The position numbers and the translations under genes are program-made. Under the pieces are notes generated by a model. It was not told the DNA's origin, made no database searches, and worked only from the letters and a program-made list of their open reading frames with translations. DNA of 64,000 bases, taken from contig OY760142.1 of the NCBI GenBank assembly GCA_963663225.1, positions 480,001 to 544,000 of the forward strand. The letters run 5' to 3'. The DNA comes from Nitrospirota bacterium (lineage in GTDB: Bacteria; Nitrospirota; UBA9217). Shown in pieces: positions 46,852-58,105 of this stretch. Position 1 is the stretch's first letter. The number at the start of each line of letters is the position of its first letter.

Positions 46852-48867
46852 ATGCAGAACCGGGGTTTGTCTTTTTTTCTGTTCCTCATGATTTGTTCTC
46901 TGGTCCTCTCCCTTTCCGCAAGCTACGCACAATCGGAGTCCTCGCCGGCCCCTGATCCATCAGCTGAAGAAATAATGCTGTTTCAGGAAATCCCCTCAGT
47001 CTACAGCGCATCAAAATACGAACAAAAAGTGACCGAAGCGCCGTCATCGATCAGTATTGTGACCGCGGCTGAAATTAAGAAATACGGATACCGGACCCTT
47101 GCGGACATCCTTCGCAGCATTCGGAGTTTTTATGTAACGTACGACCGTAACTACAGCTATATAGGCGCGCGGGGTTTCGGCCGCCCCGGAGATTATAACA
47201 ACCGGATGCTCCTTCTTATCGACGGTCATAGAACGAACGACAACCTGTATGATATGGTTTTCATCGGCACCGATGGCATCCTTGATATAGATCTTATCGA
47301 CCGGGTCGAGGTCATCCGCGGTCCCGGTTCATCCCTGTATGGAAGCAATGCTTTATTCGCCGTTGTAAATATCATCACCAGGCGGGGTAGGGAGTTGAAA
47401 AGCGCTGAACTGTCCGCTGAAGCAGGACGGTATGATACCTACAAAGGCAGAACAACCTACGGAGACAGATACCAAAACGGCCTTGAAATACTGGCGTCCG
47501 CGACAGGATACAACAGCAGCGGACAGAGGAGTCTTTACTTCAAAGAGTTCGACCCCGCTTTTTCTGCCGATCCGAGAGCGGCAAACGGCGGTATCACGAA
47601 TCACACGGATTATGACCGATTCTATAGCTTTTTTACCAAAACATCCATCAGGGATTTCACCCTGTCGGCTGCGTATTCCACAAGGACCAAAGGTATTCCG
47701 ACCGGAGCATATGGGACTGATTTTTTTACCACGGGAAATAAAACATTCGATGACCGCGGCTACGTGGACCTGAAATATGAACACGGATTCGGAAACCAAC
47801 TGGATATGACCGCTCGGTTCTTCTATGATTCCTACAAATACACGGGGCATTACCTGTATTCGGGTGTTCTGAATATGGACCAGGGCGAGGCTGAATGGTG
47901 GGGCGGAGAAATCAAACTCTCGTCACGTCCCTTTGATTTCATGCGGCTCATACTCGGAGCCGAGTATACATATAACAACCGCCTGGATCAGCGCAATTAC
48001 AACACTGCTCCCTATACGCTCTATCTTGACGACAAACGCCGTTCACAGGTTTTTGCAGCGTATGTTCAGGGCGAGTTCAACGTCACGAAGTGGCTCAACG
48101 TTACCGCAGGCGGACGGTATGATCACTACGACACGTTCGGTTCAACCGTGAACCCGAGACTCGCTTTCATCGTGACGCCTCTTGACAAAAGCGTCATTAA
48201 AATCCTGTACGGCACTGCCTTCCGCGCTCCAAGCCCTTTTGAATTGTATTATCAAAGTTCGACAAATACACCTAATCCCGACCTGAAATCTGAAAAAATA
48301 GAAACCATTGAGCTGGCCTATGAACAGTACTTCGGAGACCATTTCCGCGCAACAACCACCTGTTTTTTTTACGACATCAATAATCTTATCAACCAAATCG
48401 ACGCGGGCGGCGGAAAAACCGTTTTCCGGAACTTGAAGCAGGCGGAGTCTCAAGGCATGGAATTCGAGCTGGAAAACAAATGGGGAAACGGCATGGAGGG
48501 AAGATTCAGCTATACCCTTCAGAAAACCGTCGACGGACAGACACATCAGCTCCTTTCCAATTCCCCCGAGCATCTGCTGAAACTGAATATCAGCGTACCG
48601 CTCTGGAAGGACAAGCTCTTCGTAAGTATTGAAGAACAATATACCAGCAAGAGAAAAACGTATCTGGGCAGCTACACATCCGATGCCGCCGTTACGAACA
48701 TTACCGTGTACGGACAACGCTTCGCAAAAGGACTTGAATTGTCAGCGAGCATCTACAACCTTTTCAACCGTACATATGCCGATCCTGTTTCTCCCGATCT
48801 AAATCCACTCAATGCCGTACAGCAGGACGGCCGTTCCTACCGGCTGAAACTGACCTATGCGTTTTAA
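46852..48867 (+). CDS. TonB-dependent receptor
   Basis: Signal peptide, plug motifs (RVEVIRGPGSSLYGSNA), NPDLKSE, C-terminal TYAF. Confidence 0.92.
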   Translation: MQNRGLSFFLFLMICSLVLSLSASYAQSESSPAPDPSAEEIMLFQEIPSVYSASKYEQKVTEAPSSISIVTAAEIKKYGYRTLADILRSIRSFYVTYDRNYSYIGARGFGRPGDYNNRMLLLIDGHRTNDNLYDMVFIGTDGILDIDLIDRVEVIRGPGSSLYGSNALFAVVNIITRRGRELKSAELSAEAGRYDTYKGRTTYGDRYQNGLEILASATGYNSSGQRSLYFKEFDPAFSADPRAANGGITNHTDYDRFYSFFTKTSIRDFTLSAAYSTRTKGIPTGAYGTDFFTTGNKTFDDRGYVDLKYEHGFGNQLDMTARFFYDSYKYTGHYLYSGVLNMDQGEAEWWGGEIKLSSRPFDFMRLILGAEYTYNNRLDQRNYNTAPYTLYLDDKRRSQVFAAYVQGEFNVTKWLNVTAGGRYDHYDTFGSTVNPRLAFIVTPLDKSVIKILYGTAFRAPSPFELYYQSSTNTPNPDLKSEKIETIELAYEQYFGDHFRATTTCFFYDINNLINQIDAGGGKTVFRNLKQAESQGMEFELENKWGNGMEGRFSYTLQKTVDGQTHQLLSNSPEHLLKLNISVPLWKDKLFVSIEEQYTSKRKTYLGSYTSDAAVTNITVYGQRFAKGLELSASIYNLFNRTYADPVSPDLNPLNAVQQDGRSYRLKLTYAF

Positions 48868-49828
48868 TATCGGGCATAACCGCATGAGAATGATCCGTAT
48901 CATTCTTTTTTTGACCGCGGCCGTGTCTACTGCGTTCTGGCCGTTTCTTGCAGGACATGCCGCAGCGGGAACGAAAATTGCCGTGCTGGTAAGTTCCTCG
49001 GAAGCGCCTTTTGACGAAGCGCTTGCCGGGTTCCAGGAATATCTCTCAAAACGAGGCCTCGATCCTGATTACGATATCTATCGCCTCGGAGGCGACGCAT
49101 CACAGACTGAACAGGACATTCAGAAAATAAAAAAAACCGGGGCGAGAGTTCTTTTCACCCTGGGTTCAGTCGCCACACATGCGGCTGCTCATGCTCAAAA
49201 AACATCTGCGGTTCCTATTGTTGCGTGTCTGGTGCTGCGTTCGGAATCACTTTCCAAAATACCGGGTGTCACCGGCGTCGGTCTCGAGTTTCCGGCGGAA
49301 ATCCAATTGCAATGGATAAAAATTATTCTTCCGGACGTTAAAACGATCGGCGTGCTCTATAACCCTGAAGAGAATAGAAACCGGATCGCCCATGCCGGAC
49401 GCATCGCCTCCCGCATGGGTCTTCGGCTTGAAGCTATCGAGGTGCACGCTCCCCGGGATGTTCCTTCCGCGCTTGCGACCCTTGCCAAAAATGTCGATGT
49501 GTTCTGGGGCCTTCCCGACTCTCTCATCCTGTCTCCTCATCTGGCAAAACACATTCTGCTTTTTGCATTTCGAAATAATATCCCCTTTATAGGCCCCTCC
49601 GACAGATGGACAAAAGCCGGAGCGCTGTATTCACTCGACTGGGATTACCGAGACCTGGGGGCACAGTGCGGAGGAATGGCTCTGCAGATACTGCAAGGTA
49701 TTTCACCGGATAAAATTCCACCCGCATTCCCGAGAAAAGTACAGTATTCCATAAATATGAAAACTGCCGAATATCTGAAGCTGTCCATTCCTGACAGTGT
49801 TCTACAAAAAGCACGCAGCGTTTACTAA
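48857..49828 (+). CDS. ABC substrate-binding-like periplasmic protein
   Basis: Signal peptide, KTIGVLYNP, GALYSL..DYRDLG, INMKTA. Confidence 0.8.
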   Translation: MRFNIGHNRMRMIRIILFLTAAVSTAFWPFLAGHAAAGTKIAVLVSSSEAPFDEALAGFQEYLSKRGLDPDYDIYRLGGDASQTEQDIQKIKKTGARVLFTLGSVATHAAAHAQKTSAVPIVACLVLRSESLSKIPGVTGVGLEFPAEIQLQWIKIILPDVKTIGVLYNPEENRNRIAHAGRIASRMGLRLEAIEVHAPRDVPSALATLAKNVDVFWGLPDSLILSPHLAKHILLFAFRNNIPFIGPSDRWTKAGALYSLDWDYRDLGAQCGGMALQILQGISPDKIPPAFPRKVQYSINMKTAEYLKLSIPDSVLQKARSVY

Positions 49829-49844
49829 AGGACGAAGGTGCGGC

Positions 49845-51410
49845 ATGCGTAGTGAAAAACGATCCGGTTTTGAAGCAATACTGAGCAGGCTGAGGCTCAG
49901 TAAACGGTTTACTCTTGCCACGAAATTCAACATTCTTACCATCAGCCTGGTCCTCATCACCTCGGCAGGAGCATGCTTGTTCATGATTCGTATGGAAATG
50001 ACGCAATCCTATCAGGAATTGCTGAACCACGGAAAAACAATTGCGGATACGACCGCCAGAAACTGCGAGCTCGGTATTTATACAGAAAACAGGGAGTTGC
50101 TGCTTCCCGTGCTTGAAGCTCTAGCCTCAGATTCAGTGATCGCCTATGTCTCTGTCATAAACCCGCACCATGCCATACTCGCATCACGCGTTTTCCAAGG
50201 CACTGATCGACTCTTCCCGAAACATTCCATCCCAATTCTCGACAATTCACCCCTGCCCCAGCGCACGGATTTCGTGGATGAAGAAAGCGACCTGAAGTTC
50301 TCACGGACAGTTGCCGATCAAATTCGGCACGCAGATTTTATCGATGAGAAAAATGGCATAAGGTACACTGAAATTTTATGCCCGCTCATGAGCGGAGAAG
50401 ACCGCAATATTTCAAGCAGTCCTTTCAAGGATGATCAGTCCTCATCTGTCGAACCTGTCGTCATAGGGTATGTACGACTTGGCCTGACGCACGAAGGCCT
50501 TCAAAAACGCATCAGACAGATGCTCTTTTCCCTTGCCATCTTTACATCCGTGCTTGTACTGCTCGGAATAGCTTTTACCTTTTTTTTGACGCGCAAGATC
50601 ACCTCTCCGCTGAAGCGTCTTCGGGAGGCAACGCAGGACATCGCGGAGGGAAAATTCGACACCCCGTTTACAATACGCACCAGTGATGAAATTTCAGATC
50701 TTGCCGGATCATTCGATCACATGCGGGACCGGCTGCAGACATACCGTGCTCAGATTGAAGAACGGCTCGCCGTAGAGCAACGGCACCTACTTGAAAAAGA
50801 AAAGCTCATGATGGACCTTCATGACGGAATCGGGGGCATCACAACAAATATCAGTATCTTGTCGGCGTTGGCCCAGAAATCAACCGATCCGGATCATATA
50901 AAAAGAACGCTGTGTACCATCTCCGAGCTTTCCGACGAGGGAGTCTCTGAGATACGCAGTTTTATGCAGAGTCTGGACAGCAAGGAACTGACCTGGCACT
51001 CGCTTGGAGTAGAAATCAGAAAACAGGGTTCCGCACTCGCGGAGCCCCATTCTCTCAGTTTTACGGCCGAAATAACCATAGAAGACCCTGCCGATCAGCC
51101 GGGCAGTCTGCTTTGGCTGAATCTCTTCCGGATTTACAAGGAATCGCTGACCAATGTTATAAAACACTCGCGGGCGTCATCGGTGACGGTCCGGCTGTAC
51201 GTCACCACGAACAGTCTGTTCCTGAGCGTTCGAGACAACGGCCTTGGATGCGCCAAAATTCCAAATCCGGGCCGTGGGCTGCCGAACATGGAAAAGCGCG
51301 CCCGGGAAGTCGGAGGAACGTTGCAGGTATCAGGTTCAGGCGAAGGCACTCTGGTGAATCTGGAAATACCCTTGCCTTTGGTCTACACGATACAGGACAG
51401 AGAAGAATAG
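49845..51410 (+). CDS. HAMP-domain sensor histidine kinase (HisKA_3 type)
   Basis: Two TM helices, HAMP, DLHDGIG, ESLTNVIKHS, DNGLG, GRGL. Confidence 0.9.
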   Translation: MRSEKRSGFEAILSRLRLSKRFTLATKFNILTISLVLITSAGACLFMIRMEMTQSYQELLNHGKTIADTTARNCELGIYTENRELLLPVLEALASDSVIAYVSVINPHHAILASRVFQGTDRLFPKHSIPILDNSPLPQRTDFVDEESDLKFSRTVADQIRHADFIDEKNGIRYTEILCPLMSGEDRNISSSPFKDDQSSSVEPVVIGYVRLGLTHEGLQKRIRQMLFSLAIFTSVLVLLGIAFTFFLTRKITSPLKRLREATQDIAEGKFDTPFTIRTSDEISDLAGSFDHMRDRLQTYRAQIEERLAVEQRHLLEKEKLMMDLHDGIGGITTNISILSALAQKSTDPDHIKRTLCTISELSDEGVSEIRSFMQSLDSKELTWHSLGVEIRKQGSALAEPHSLSFTAEITIEDPADQPGSLLWLNLFRIYKESLTNVIKHSRASSVTVRLYVTTNSLFLSVRDNGLGCAKIPNPGRGLPNMEKRAREVGGTLQVSGSGEGTLVNLEIPLPLVYTIQDREE

Positions 51411-51546
51411 ATACTGCTGTATTGCAAGGATGGCGAGCATGCGCGGAAATCCGGCCGGCTGTAATTCCTGACCAACGATAGCTGTCTGCTGTCTTTACTC
51501 GGGGGAATAAGCGCCTTCGTCACATGCTTGCGCTTTTTGCATCGCA

Positions 51547-54255
51547 TCATACGGCAAGAACTTTTCGGATTTTTTGGGACAATGCTGCCAGGGTAAACGG
51601 TTTCTGCAGAAAATTCGTATCGTTGTCCAAAACACCATGGCTTCCTATTATGTTTCCGGGATAGCCGGACATAAACAAAACCTTCAGATCAGGATAGTCG
51701 CGCTTCAGGACTTCAAATAATTCCTTGCCGTTTAATTTCGGCATAATGACGTCGGTCAAAAGCAGATTGATGCCACCTGGATACTTCTTCGCTGCTTCAA
51801 TGCACTGATCTTCATTTTCCGCCGTGACCACGCTGTACCCAAGTCCTTCAAGCATTTTGCAAACAAGTGCACGGACCGTCTTGTTGTCTTCAACAACCAG
51901 TACGACGCCGGTACCTTGTTCAATTATTGCCGACTCGGTTTGCTGCTCTTTTTTCTCCCTTTCTTCCACTGCTCTCGGCAAATAAATTCTGAATATGCTC
52001 CCCTGTCCTCTTTCCGAGTAAACGGAAATGGAACCGCTATGCTGTTTAATAATTCCATATACGGTTGAGAGGCCCAGACCTGTGCCCCGGCCCAGTTCTT
52101 TCGTGGTAAAAAACGGTTCGAAGATATGCTCCTGCGTCTGCGCGTCCATTCCGATGCCGGTATCGGTCACCGACAGCATAACATACGGTCCCGGCGTAAC
52201 TTCCAAGTGGGTGTCTACATATGACTCATCAATAATGACGTTTTGAGCTTCAATGGCCAGACTCCCCCCGGAGGGCATTGCATCCTGCGCATTGACGGCA
52301 AGATTTAGCAAAACCTGTTCCATCTGTCCCTTGTCAGCCCGCACCAGGCCCAATGACGGCTGAATGCTGATTTTTATCAGAATATTTTCGCGGATTGTCC
52401 GATGCAGGATGGGCTCGAATTCATAAACGAACTCACCCAGATTAAGCAGCCGCAACTCAAGCACCTGTTTCCGGCCGAAAGCGAGCAGGCGCCTCGTCAG
52501 TCCTCGTGCCAGCGTCGCAGCTTGCCTGATGTGATCAAGCTTCATATATCGGGGATCTTCTTTGGAAAAATTACGCATCAGAATTTCACTGTAGCCGAGT
52601 ATCGGCGTCAGCAGGTTGTTGAAGTCATGCGCCACGCCGCCCGCCAACAGCCCCACCGTTTCCATTTTTTGGGACTGGAAGAGCTGCTCCTTAAGCTTCG
52701 ACCGTTCTTCTTCCGCCTGCTTGATGTCGGTAATGTCGCGAATTGACTCTATTGCGCCGGCAATGTCGCCCTTGTTGTTAAAAAGCGGTACTGCTTTTCC
52801 CCAGAGACTCAGTCGTTTGCCGTGAATTACCGCAGTGGTTTCGGCCACGAGCGTCAGTCCGTCCCGCTTAATGTAAAGAAATTTTTCTTCCAATTCCTTA
52901 TTCGGCTCAAAGATGAGATCAAGCAGCATGGGCCGGCGGGTCCCATAAAAATACAAGGCATATTCATAGTTACCTTTTCCCAGCATTTTCTCGGCTGTGA
53001 CGCCGAATAATTCCTGAATTGCCCGATTCCAGGCTATCACCTTTCCTTCCCTGTCTATCGCAAAAGTCGCGTCCGGCAAAAAATCTATGATTTCGGACAG
53101 CCTTTTCTCTGATTCCCGCAATGCCTCTTCTGCCCGCTTGCGCCGGATAACCGCTCCTACCAGGAGCGCCACCATGGCGCAGAGGATTACCAGCACTGAA
53201 AAAATTGTGATTATAAATTTCCTATGCTCGACAAAAATCGATCTCGGTTTGTTTATGACGTTGCTACCAGGCGGAAGCTCTTTTTCAGCAATGCCGAACC
53301 GTTTCAACTGCGCAAAATCGAACATCGGGCTGATGAACGCCGTTGTCTCCACAGGTATAGCTTCCGCTTCTACTCCCGCAAGAACCCGCAAAGCGAGATC
53401 AGCGGCTCTGCGTCCATGATCCTGCCCGCTGAGTAGATAACCGCCGACGATACCGTATCCGAGTCTGGCCTCATGCACTCCATATACCGGCGATTTTGCT
53501 CCGGAGGTAAAAAGCTTCGTTGTTTCTGCGTGAGAAAAATTTTCTCCTTTGCGGTCTGTAGAATAAGACGTTATCAAAACGATCACATTTGATGGGAGCG
53601 CCTTTATCGTGGCCCGGGCTTCCTCAAACGTGCTAGGAGGCAGGAAACGGATATTTATGTGCCCGCTAAAATAAGGAATAATCCCCTCAACTTCGTGTCG
53701 TGACGAAATGCCGCTGATAGTTGTGTCGGCTATTATCAGTACTTCCTTTGTCCCCGGATGCAATCTAAGCGCCGTCTCGATGGTGTTTTTTACGGCTTGC
53801 ACTTCAACGACACCTGTCACCTGCTTACGGCCCTTCAGAAGGGATGGGTGAAAGTCATTGACGCCTGCAAAAACAACGGGTACTCCGGGAAAAAGTTCCG
53901 TTTGGTAGAGCGCAAGCATGTCGAGGGCGGGATTGTCAAGCGAGATAATCAGGTCAATATGCTCACCGCGATATTTACTCGCCAGGAAGTTCTTCATGCG
54001 GGTAAGATTCTTCTGGTCCGTACGGTGTTTCGCATCCAGGTACTCGACCATAATGTCCATGGTCGGATAAACATCCCGCACTCGTGCAACCACCCCTGCC
54101 TGCTCAGAGTCCGACCACGAATACCCCGCATGGTATGAGTTAATAATAAGAATATGCTTCTCGGTTGAAGAGTGAGCGGATGGCGTCGTCGGGACCGTAA
54201 GAAAAGACAGCAGCATAATCAGGAGCATTCGGGGCAGTTGAAAACGAGTGGTCAT
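51547..54255 (-). CDS. Hybrid sensor kinase (binding-protein-like sensor, PAS, HisKA, HATPase, REC)
   Basis: [35 protein letters not shown]. Confidence 0.93.
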   Translation of the reverse strand: MTTRFQLPRMLLIMLLSFLTVPTTPSAHSSTEKHILIINSYHAGYSWSDSEQAGVVARVRDVYPTMDIMVEYLDAKHRTDQKNLTRMKNFLASKYRGEHIDLIISLDNPALDMLALYQTELFPGVPVVFAGVNDFHPSLLKGRKQVTGVVEVQAVKNTIETALRLHPGTKEVLIIADTTISGISSRHEVEGIIPYFSGHINIRFLPPSTFEEARATIKALPSNVIVLITSYSTDRKGENFSHAETTKLFTSGAKSPVYGVHEARLGYGIVGGYLLSGQDHGRRAADLALRVLAGVEAEAIPVETTAFISPMFDFAQLKRFGIAEKELPPGSNVINKPRSIFVEHRKFIITIFSVLVILCAMVALLVGAVIRRKRAEEALRESEKRLSEIIDFLPDATFAIDREGKVIAWNRAIQELFGVTAEKMLGKGNYEYALYFYGTRRPMLLDLIFEPNKELEEKFLYIKRDGLTLVAETTAVIHGKRLSLWGKAVPLFNNKGDIAGAIESIRDITDIKQAEEERSKLKEQLFQSQKMETVGLLAGGVAHDFNNLLTPILGYSEILMRNFSKEDPRYMKLDHIRQAATLARGLTRRLLAFGRKQVLELRLLNLGEFVYEFEPILHRTIRENILIKISIQPSLGLVRADKGQMEQVLLNLAVNAQDAMPSGGSLAIEAQNVIIDESYVDTHLEVTPGPYVMLSVTDTGIGMDAQTQEHIFEPFFTTKELGRGTGLGLSTVYGIIKQHSGSISVYSERGQGSIFRIYLPRAVEEREKKEQQTESAIIEQGTGVVLVVEDNKTVRALVCKMLEGLGYSVVTAENEDQCIEAAKKYPGGINLLLTDVIMPKLNGKELFEVLKRDYPDLKVLFMSGYPGNIIGSHGVLDNDTNFLQKPFTLAALSQKIRKVLAV

Positions 54256-54512
54256 GCAATTTCTCCCCTCTCTGATAATATTTTAGTTACTGCTGACAAT
54301 ATCTGTTTGTGAATGTTACGTTAAAAAACTGATGTTTATGACACGTTTTTTGTTCTTTTATAAAAATATAGCAAAATGTTGCACTATTTGCATGTTTTTG
54401 CAAAAAAAATGTCAAATTTCAAAGGATTCATATCATGCCATGGCATCGAAACAATGTGACGGAAGGATTAAGAAAAAATCGGCAGGTATTCCCGGTGGAA
54501 AACAGATACGAA

Positions 54513-57500
54513 TCAAGACTCAAGGACTTTTCGCACCTTTTGAGATAAAGCGGTCATGGTGAACGGCTTTTGGAGAAAATTTATGTCTTCATCCAGAATT
54601 CCATGATGCGCAATCACATTGTTGGTATAACCCGACATGAACAGGACTTTCAGACCTTGCCGGTCGCGCTTTAAAAGTTCATACAGGTCCTTTCCGTTCA
54701 GCTTGGGCATAATAACATCCGTCAGGAGCAGATCAATGGTCCCTGGATAATTTTTTGCTGTTTCAATGCAGTGGTCTACGCTTCCGGCAGACAACACGTG
54801 GTATCCCAGGCTTTCAAGCATTCCCTTGGCGAGCGTCCGTACGCTTGCGTTGTCTTCCGCCACAAGAACAGTCTCATCTCCATGCGAGGTCTCATCCTTG
54901 AGCAGCGGTTGTGCAACGGTTTCTGTCCCGTTCGCTAAAATTCTCGGCAAAAAAATCTTGAATATGCTCCCATGGCCTTTTTCCGAATACACAGAAATGG
55001 AGCCGCCATGCTGCTTCACAATGCCGTATACGGTAGACAGTCCAAGACCGGTTCCCCTGTCCAATTCCTTCGTGGTAAAGAATGGCTCAAATATGTGTTT
55101 CATGGTTTCTTCGTCCATGCCTGTTCCGGTATCGCTCACGGAAAGCATGACATAGGGCCCGGGGTCGACCTCCGGATGCGTGGACGTATATGCAGCGTCC
55201 AGTTCCACATCTCCCGCCTCGATGCACAGCACACCTCCCTCCGGCATGGCATCCTGGGCGTTAATGGCCAGATTCAGCAATACCTGCTCGATCTGTCCTT
55301 TGTCTGCATGCACCAGCCCCAGTGACGGCGGAAAATTGATTTTTATCTGAATATTTTCCCGGATCGTCCGGTGCAGCATCTGCTCAAAATCCCCAACAAG
55401 GTTTCCCAAATCGACTGCTGCAAGCTCCAGCATTTGTTTCCGTCCGAACGCGAGCAGGCGTTTTATCAGCCCCCGTGCCAGGTCCGCCGCCTGTTTTATA
55501 TATTCAAGTTTTAAACGCCTTGGATCGTCCGCTGACAGACCGCGCATCAGAATTTCACTGTAGCCGAGGACCGGTGTCAGCAGGTTGTTAAAGTCATGCG
55601 CCACGCCGCCCGCCAGCATGCCCACGGTCTCCATCTTCTGCGTTTGGAAGAGCTGTTCCCGGAGTTTTTCCTGCTCTTTTTCAGCCTGCTTGCGGGAAGT
55701 TACATCATTATACATCCTCATTGAATGGTATCCGAAAGGCCCGCCGAATACCTCGGCGATCTTGGTTGAACCGTCTTTGCAACGGATATATACCTCATAC
55801 CCCTGGATCGGTGGGCCTCCTTCCGCAACTCTCTTGATTGCTGCTGCCAGCATTTTTTTGAGATATTCCCGGTAGTCGGGGTCGGGATATGCAAGCTGAA
55901 ACCATGCATCCAGGGTAGGAACGTCCTCTTGTGAATATCCAAAGGTCTCGACGAACTTTGGATTGACATATTCGATCTCCCCCGTATCCGTTCCCGTCAC
56001 GATAGGCAGCGGTAATGCCTCTAGCATTTTTTTGAATTTTGCTTCATTCTCCCGCAATATATCATCCGCCTGTTTCCGCGCAGTGACGTCACGAGCCGCC
56101 GCGTAAATCAAATCGTTCTGGAATGGCTTCGAGCGCCACTCAATCCATCGATAGGAACCGTCGCTGCAACGGTATCGGTTGGTAAAATCAATAATATCCC
56201 GGCCGGCCGCAAGATCAGCTGTAACCTGCATGGTGGAGGAGACATCGTCGGGGTGGACGAAATCCATAAATTTCCTGCCTTCCAGCTCATTCAGTCTATA
56301 GCCGAGCGTCTGTTCCCAGGCAGGGTTTAGTTTAATCAGCCGTCCATCAAAGTTGGCAACGCACAGCAGGTCGAGCGACAGGCTGAATATGCGGTCCAGT
56401 TCTTCGGATTTTTCCCGCAGCGTCTGCTCCACCCGTTTCTGTTCAGTAATATCGACATGCTGCACGATTACATTCATCAACCGTTTATGATCATCGATGA
56501 TCGGAGACATAGTTATGTCCAGTATCAACGGTTGCGACGGATGCCTGCTTTCAATGCTCGGCATTCTGGAAGTATCATACTGCATCGTAAACCGCACTGT
56601 TTTTTGCTGTTCGAAAACCTGTTTGAGCAGAGGCATCAGCCCCTGCTCCCGGACCATCTCGTCCTGAAACACATTGTACTTGCCGAGCAGGTCTTTGTCT
56701 GCAACACGCAGGACATCGCGCAGGACCTGGTTTGATCTGATCAGGGTCCCGGTGTTGTCGGCCACCCAGGTAGAATAAGGACTGTGTTCCAGAACGCTGT
56801 CCAAAAAGGCTTTCGAAGAGCGTAATGAATCTTCCGTGCGTTTACGACGGACAATGGCCGCTATTAGCAACAGCACCAACGAAAGAAGCACAATCAATAT
56901 TGCAACAGTCCCTATCACCAGTTTCTTATGTTTGTCTAAGAATGATTCTGGAGCGTTTACCAGAGTAGTGCCACGGGGAAGATTTTCCTGCAGAATGCCG
57001 AACCGCTGGAGTTGTAAAAAATCAAACATCAGCTTGGAACTGCCTTCTTGTTCGACTGGGATCGCATCAGGTGGCACACCGGACAAAATTCTCAATGCAA
57101 GGTCCGCCGCCCTGTGCCCATGTTCTTTGCCGCTCAGCATGAATCCACCGACAATGCCATGCCCCAGCCGGGTTTCATGCGTTGCATATACAGGGACTGT
57201 TGCGGCGGAAGCAAAGAGCCGCGTACTCTCGGAAAGAGAGGCGGTATTTCCTTGACGGTCAGTGGAAAAAGAATGAATCAGAACGATCGCATCCTGGGGG
57301 AGCGCGGCTATTGCCACCCGTGCTTCTTCAAACGTGCTGGGAGGAAGAATTTTTACTTTAACACGTTCTTCGAAATGCGGAAGCAGTTTTTCCACGTCCT
57401 TGAGCGCCGCTATCCCGCTCATGGTATTGTCGTTGACCACCAGAATCTCTCGTGTTTTCGGGTGGAGTGCAAGCGCCAATTCCAGCGTGTTTTTTACATC

Positions 57501-57956
57501 TTGCTTTTCTATGATGCCTGTTATTTGTTTCTGACCCGCAAGCATGGCCCGGTCAAAGTGACTGATCCCTGCAAAAACGGCGGGAACGGTAGGGAAGAGT
57601 TCATTGCGATAGCGAATGAGCATATCCAATGCCGGGTTGTCGAGAACTATTATCAAATCGATTTTTTTGCCTCGATATTTTTCCAGCAAAAATTTTTCTG
57701 CGATCTGCAGGTCTGCCCGGACAGGATGCCGTTTTGCATCAAGAAATTCAACCGGCACATCAGCTTCAGGATAGACAGACTTCAGCCGTTCGATGAATCC
57801 GGACATTTCGGCATCGGACCAGGCAAAACCTTGATGGTAGGAATTAATGATGAGAACGTTCTTTTGAAACGGGGGAGCAGCATGCACTGTCTGTGCGGCA
57901 CAGAGAATCAGTAAAACAATTCGGGCTATCCAGTGCTGCCGAACACGAAAAAACAT
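54513..57956 (-). CDS. Hybrid sensor kinase (sensor, 3 PAS, HisKA, HATPase, REC)
   Basis: Same kinase/REC motifs; PAS motifs HPDD and YPDPDYR. Confidence 0.93.
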   Translation of the reverse strand: MFFRVRQHWIARIVLLILCAAQTVHAAPPFQKNVLIINSYHQGFAWSDAEMSGFIERLKSVYPEADVPVEFLDAKRHPVRADLQIAEKFLLEKYRGKKIDLIIVLDNPALDMLIRYRNELFPTVPAVFAGISHFDRAMLAGQKQITGIIEKQDVKNTLELALALHPKTREILVVNDNTMSGIAALKDVEKLLPHFEERVKVKILPPSTFEEARVAIAALPQDAIVLIHSFSTDRQGNTASLSESTRLFASAATVPVYATHETRLGHGIVGGFMLSGKEHGHRAADLALRILSGVPPDAIPVEQEGSSKLMFDFLQLQRFGILQENLPRGTTLVNAPESFLDKHKKLVIGTVAILIVLLSLVLLLIAAIVRRKRTEDSLRSSKAFLDSVLEHSPYSTWVADNTGTLIRSNQVLRDVLRVADKDLLGKYNVFQDEMVREQGLMPLLKQVFEQQKTVRFTMQYDTSRMPSIESRHPSQPLILDITMSPIIDDHKRLMNVIVQHVDITEQKRVEQTLREKSEELDRIFSLSLDLLCVANFDGRLIKLNPAWEQTLGYRLNELEGRKFMDFVHPDDVSSTMQVTADLAAGRDIIDFTNRYRCSDGSYRWIEWRSKPFQNDLIYAAARDVTARKQADDILRENEAKFKKMLEALPLPIVTGTDTGEIEYVNPKFVETFGYSQEDVPTLDAWFQLAYPDPDYREYLKKMLAAAIKRVAEGGPPIQGYEVYIRCKDGSTKIAEVFGGPFGYHSMRMYNDVTSRKQAEKEQEKLREQLFQTQKMETVGMLAGGVAHDFNNLLTPVLGYSEILMRGLSADDPRRLKLEYIKQAADLARGLIKRLLAFGRKQMLELAAVDLGNLVGDFEQMLHRTIRENIQIKINFPPSLGLVHADKGQIEQVLLNLAINAQDAMPEGGVLCIEAGDVELDAAYTSTHPEVDPGPYVMLSVSDTGTGMDEETMKHIFEPFFTTKELDRGTGLGLSTVYGIVKQHGGSISVYSEKGHGSIFKIFLPRILANGTETVAQPLLKDETSHGDETVLVAEDNASVRTLAKGMLESLGYHVLSAGSVDHCIETAKNYPGTIDLLLTDVIMPKLNGKDLYELLKRDRQGLKVLFMSGYTNNVIAHHGILDEDINFLQKPFTMTALSQKVRKVLES

Positions 57957-58105
57957 TGGTTGCCGTTGTCCCTTTCAATGGGGCTATGAGCGACTTTTGT
58001 TCATTCGAGGAACAGGAATATTTAAATACTATAACAAAAAAGCATGAAGTTTGTAAATATTTTTTTGTATCTATGATAACCAGAAGACGACAAAACGCCG
58101 TGGTT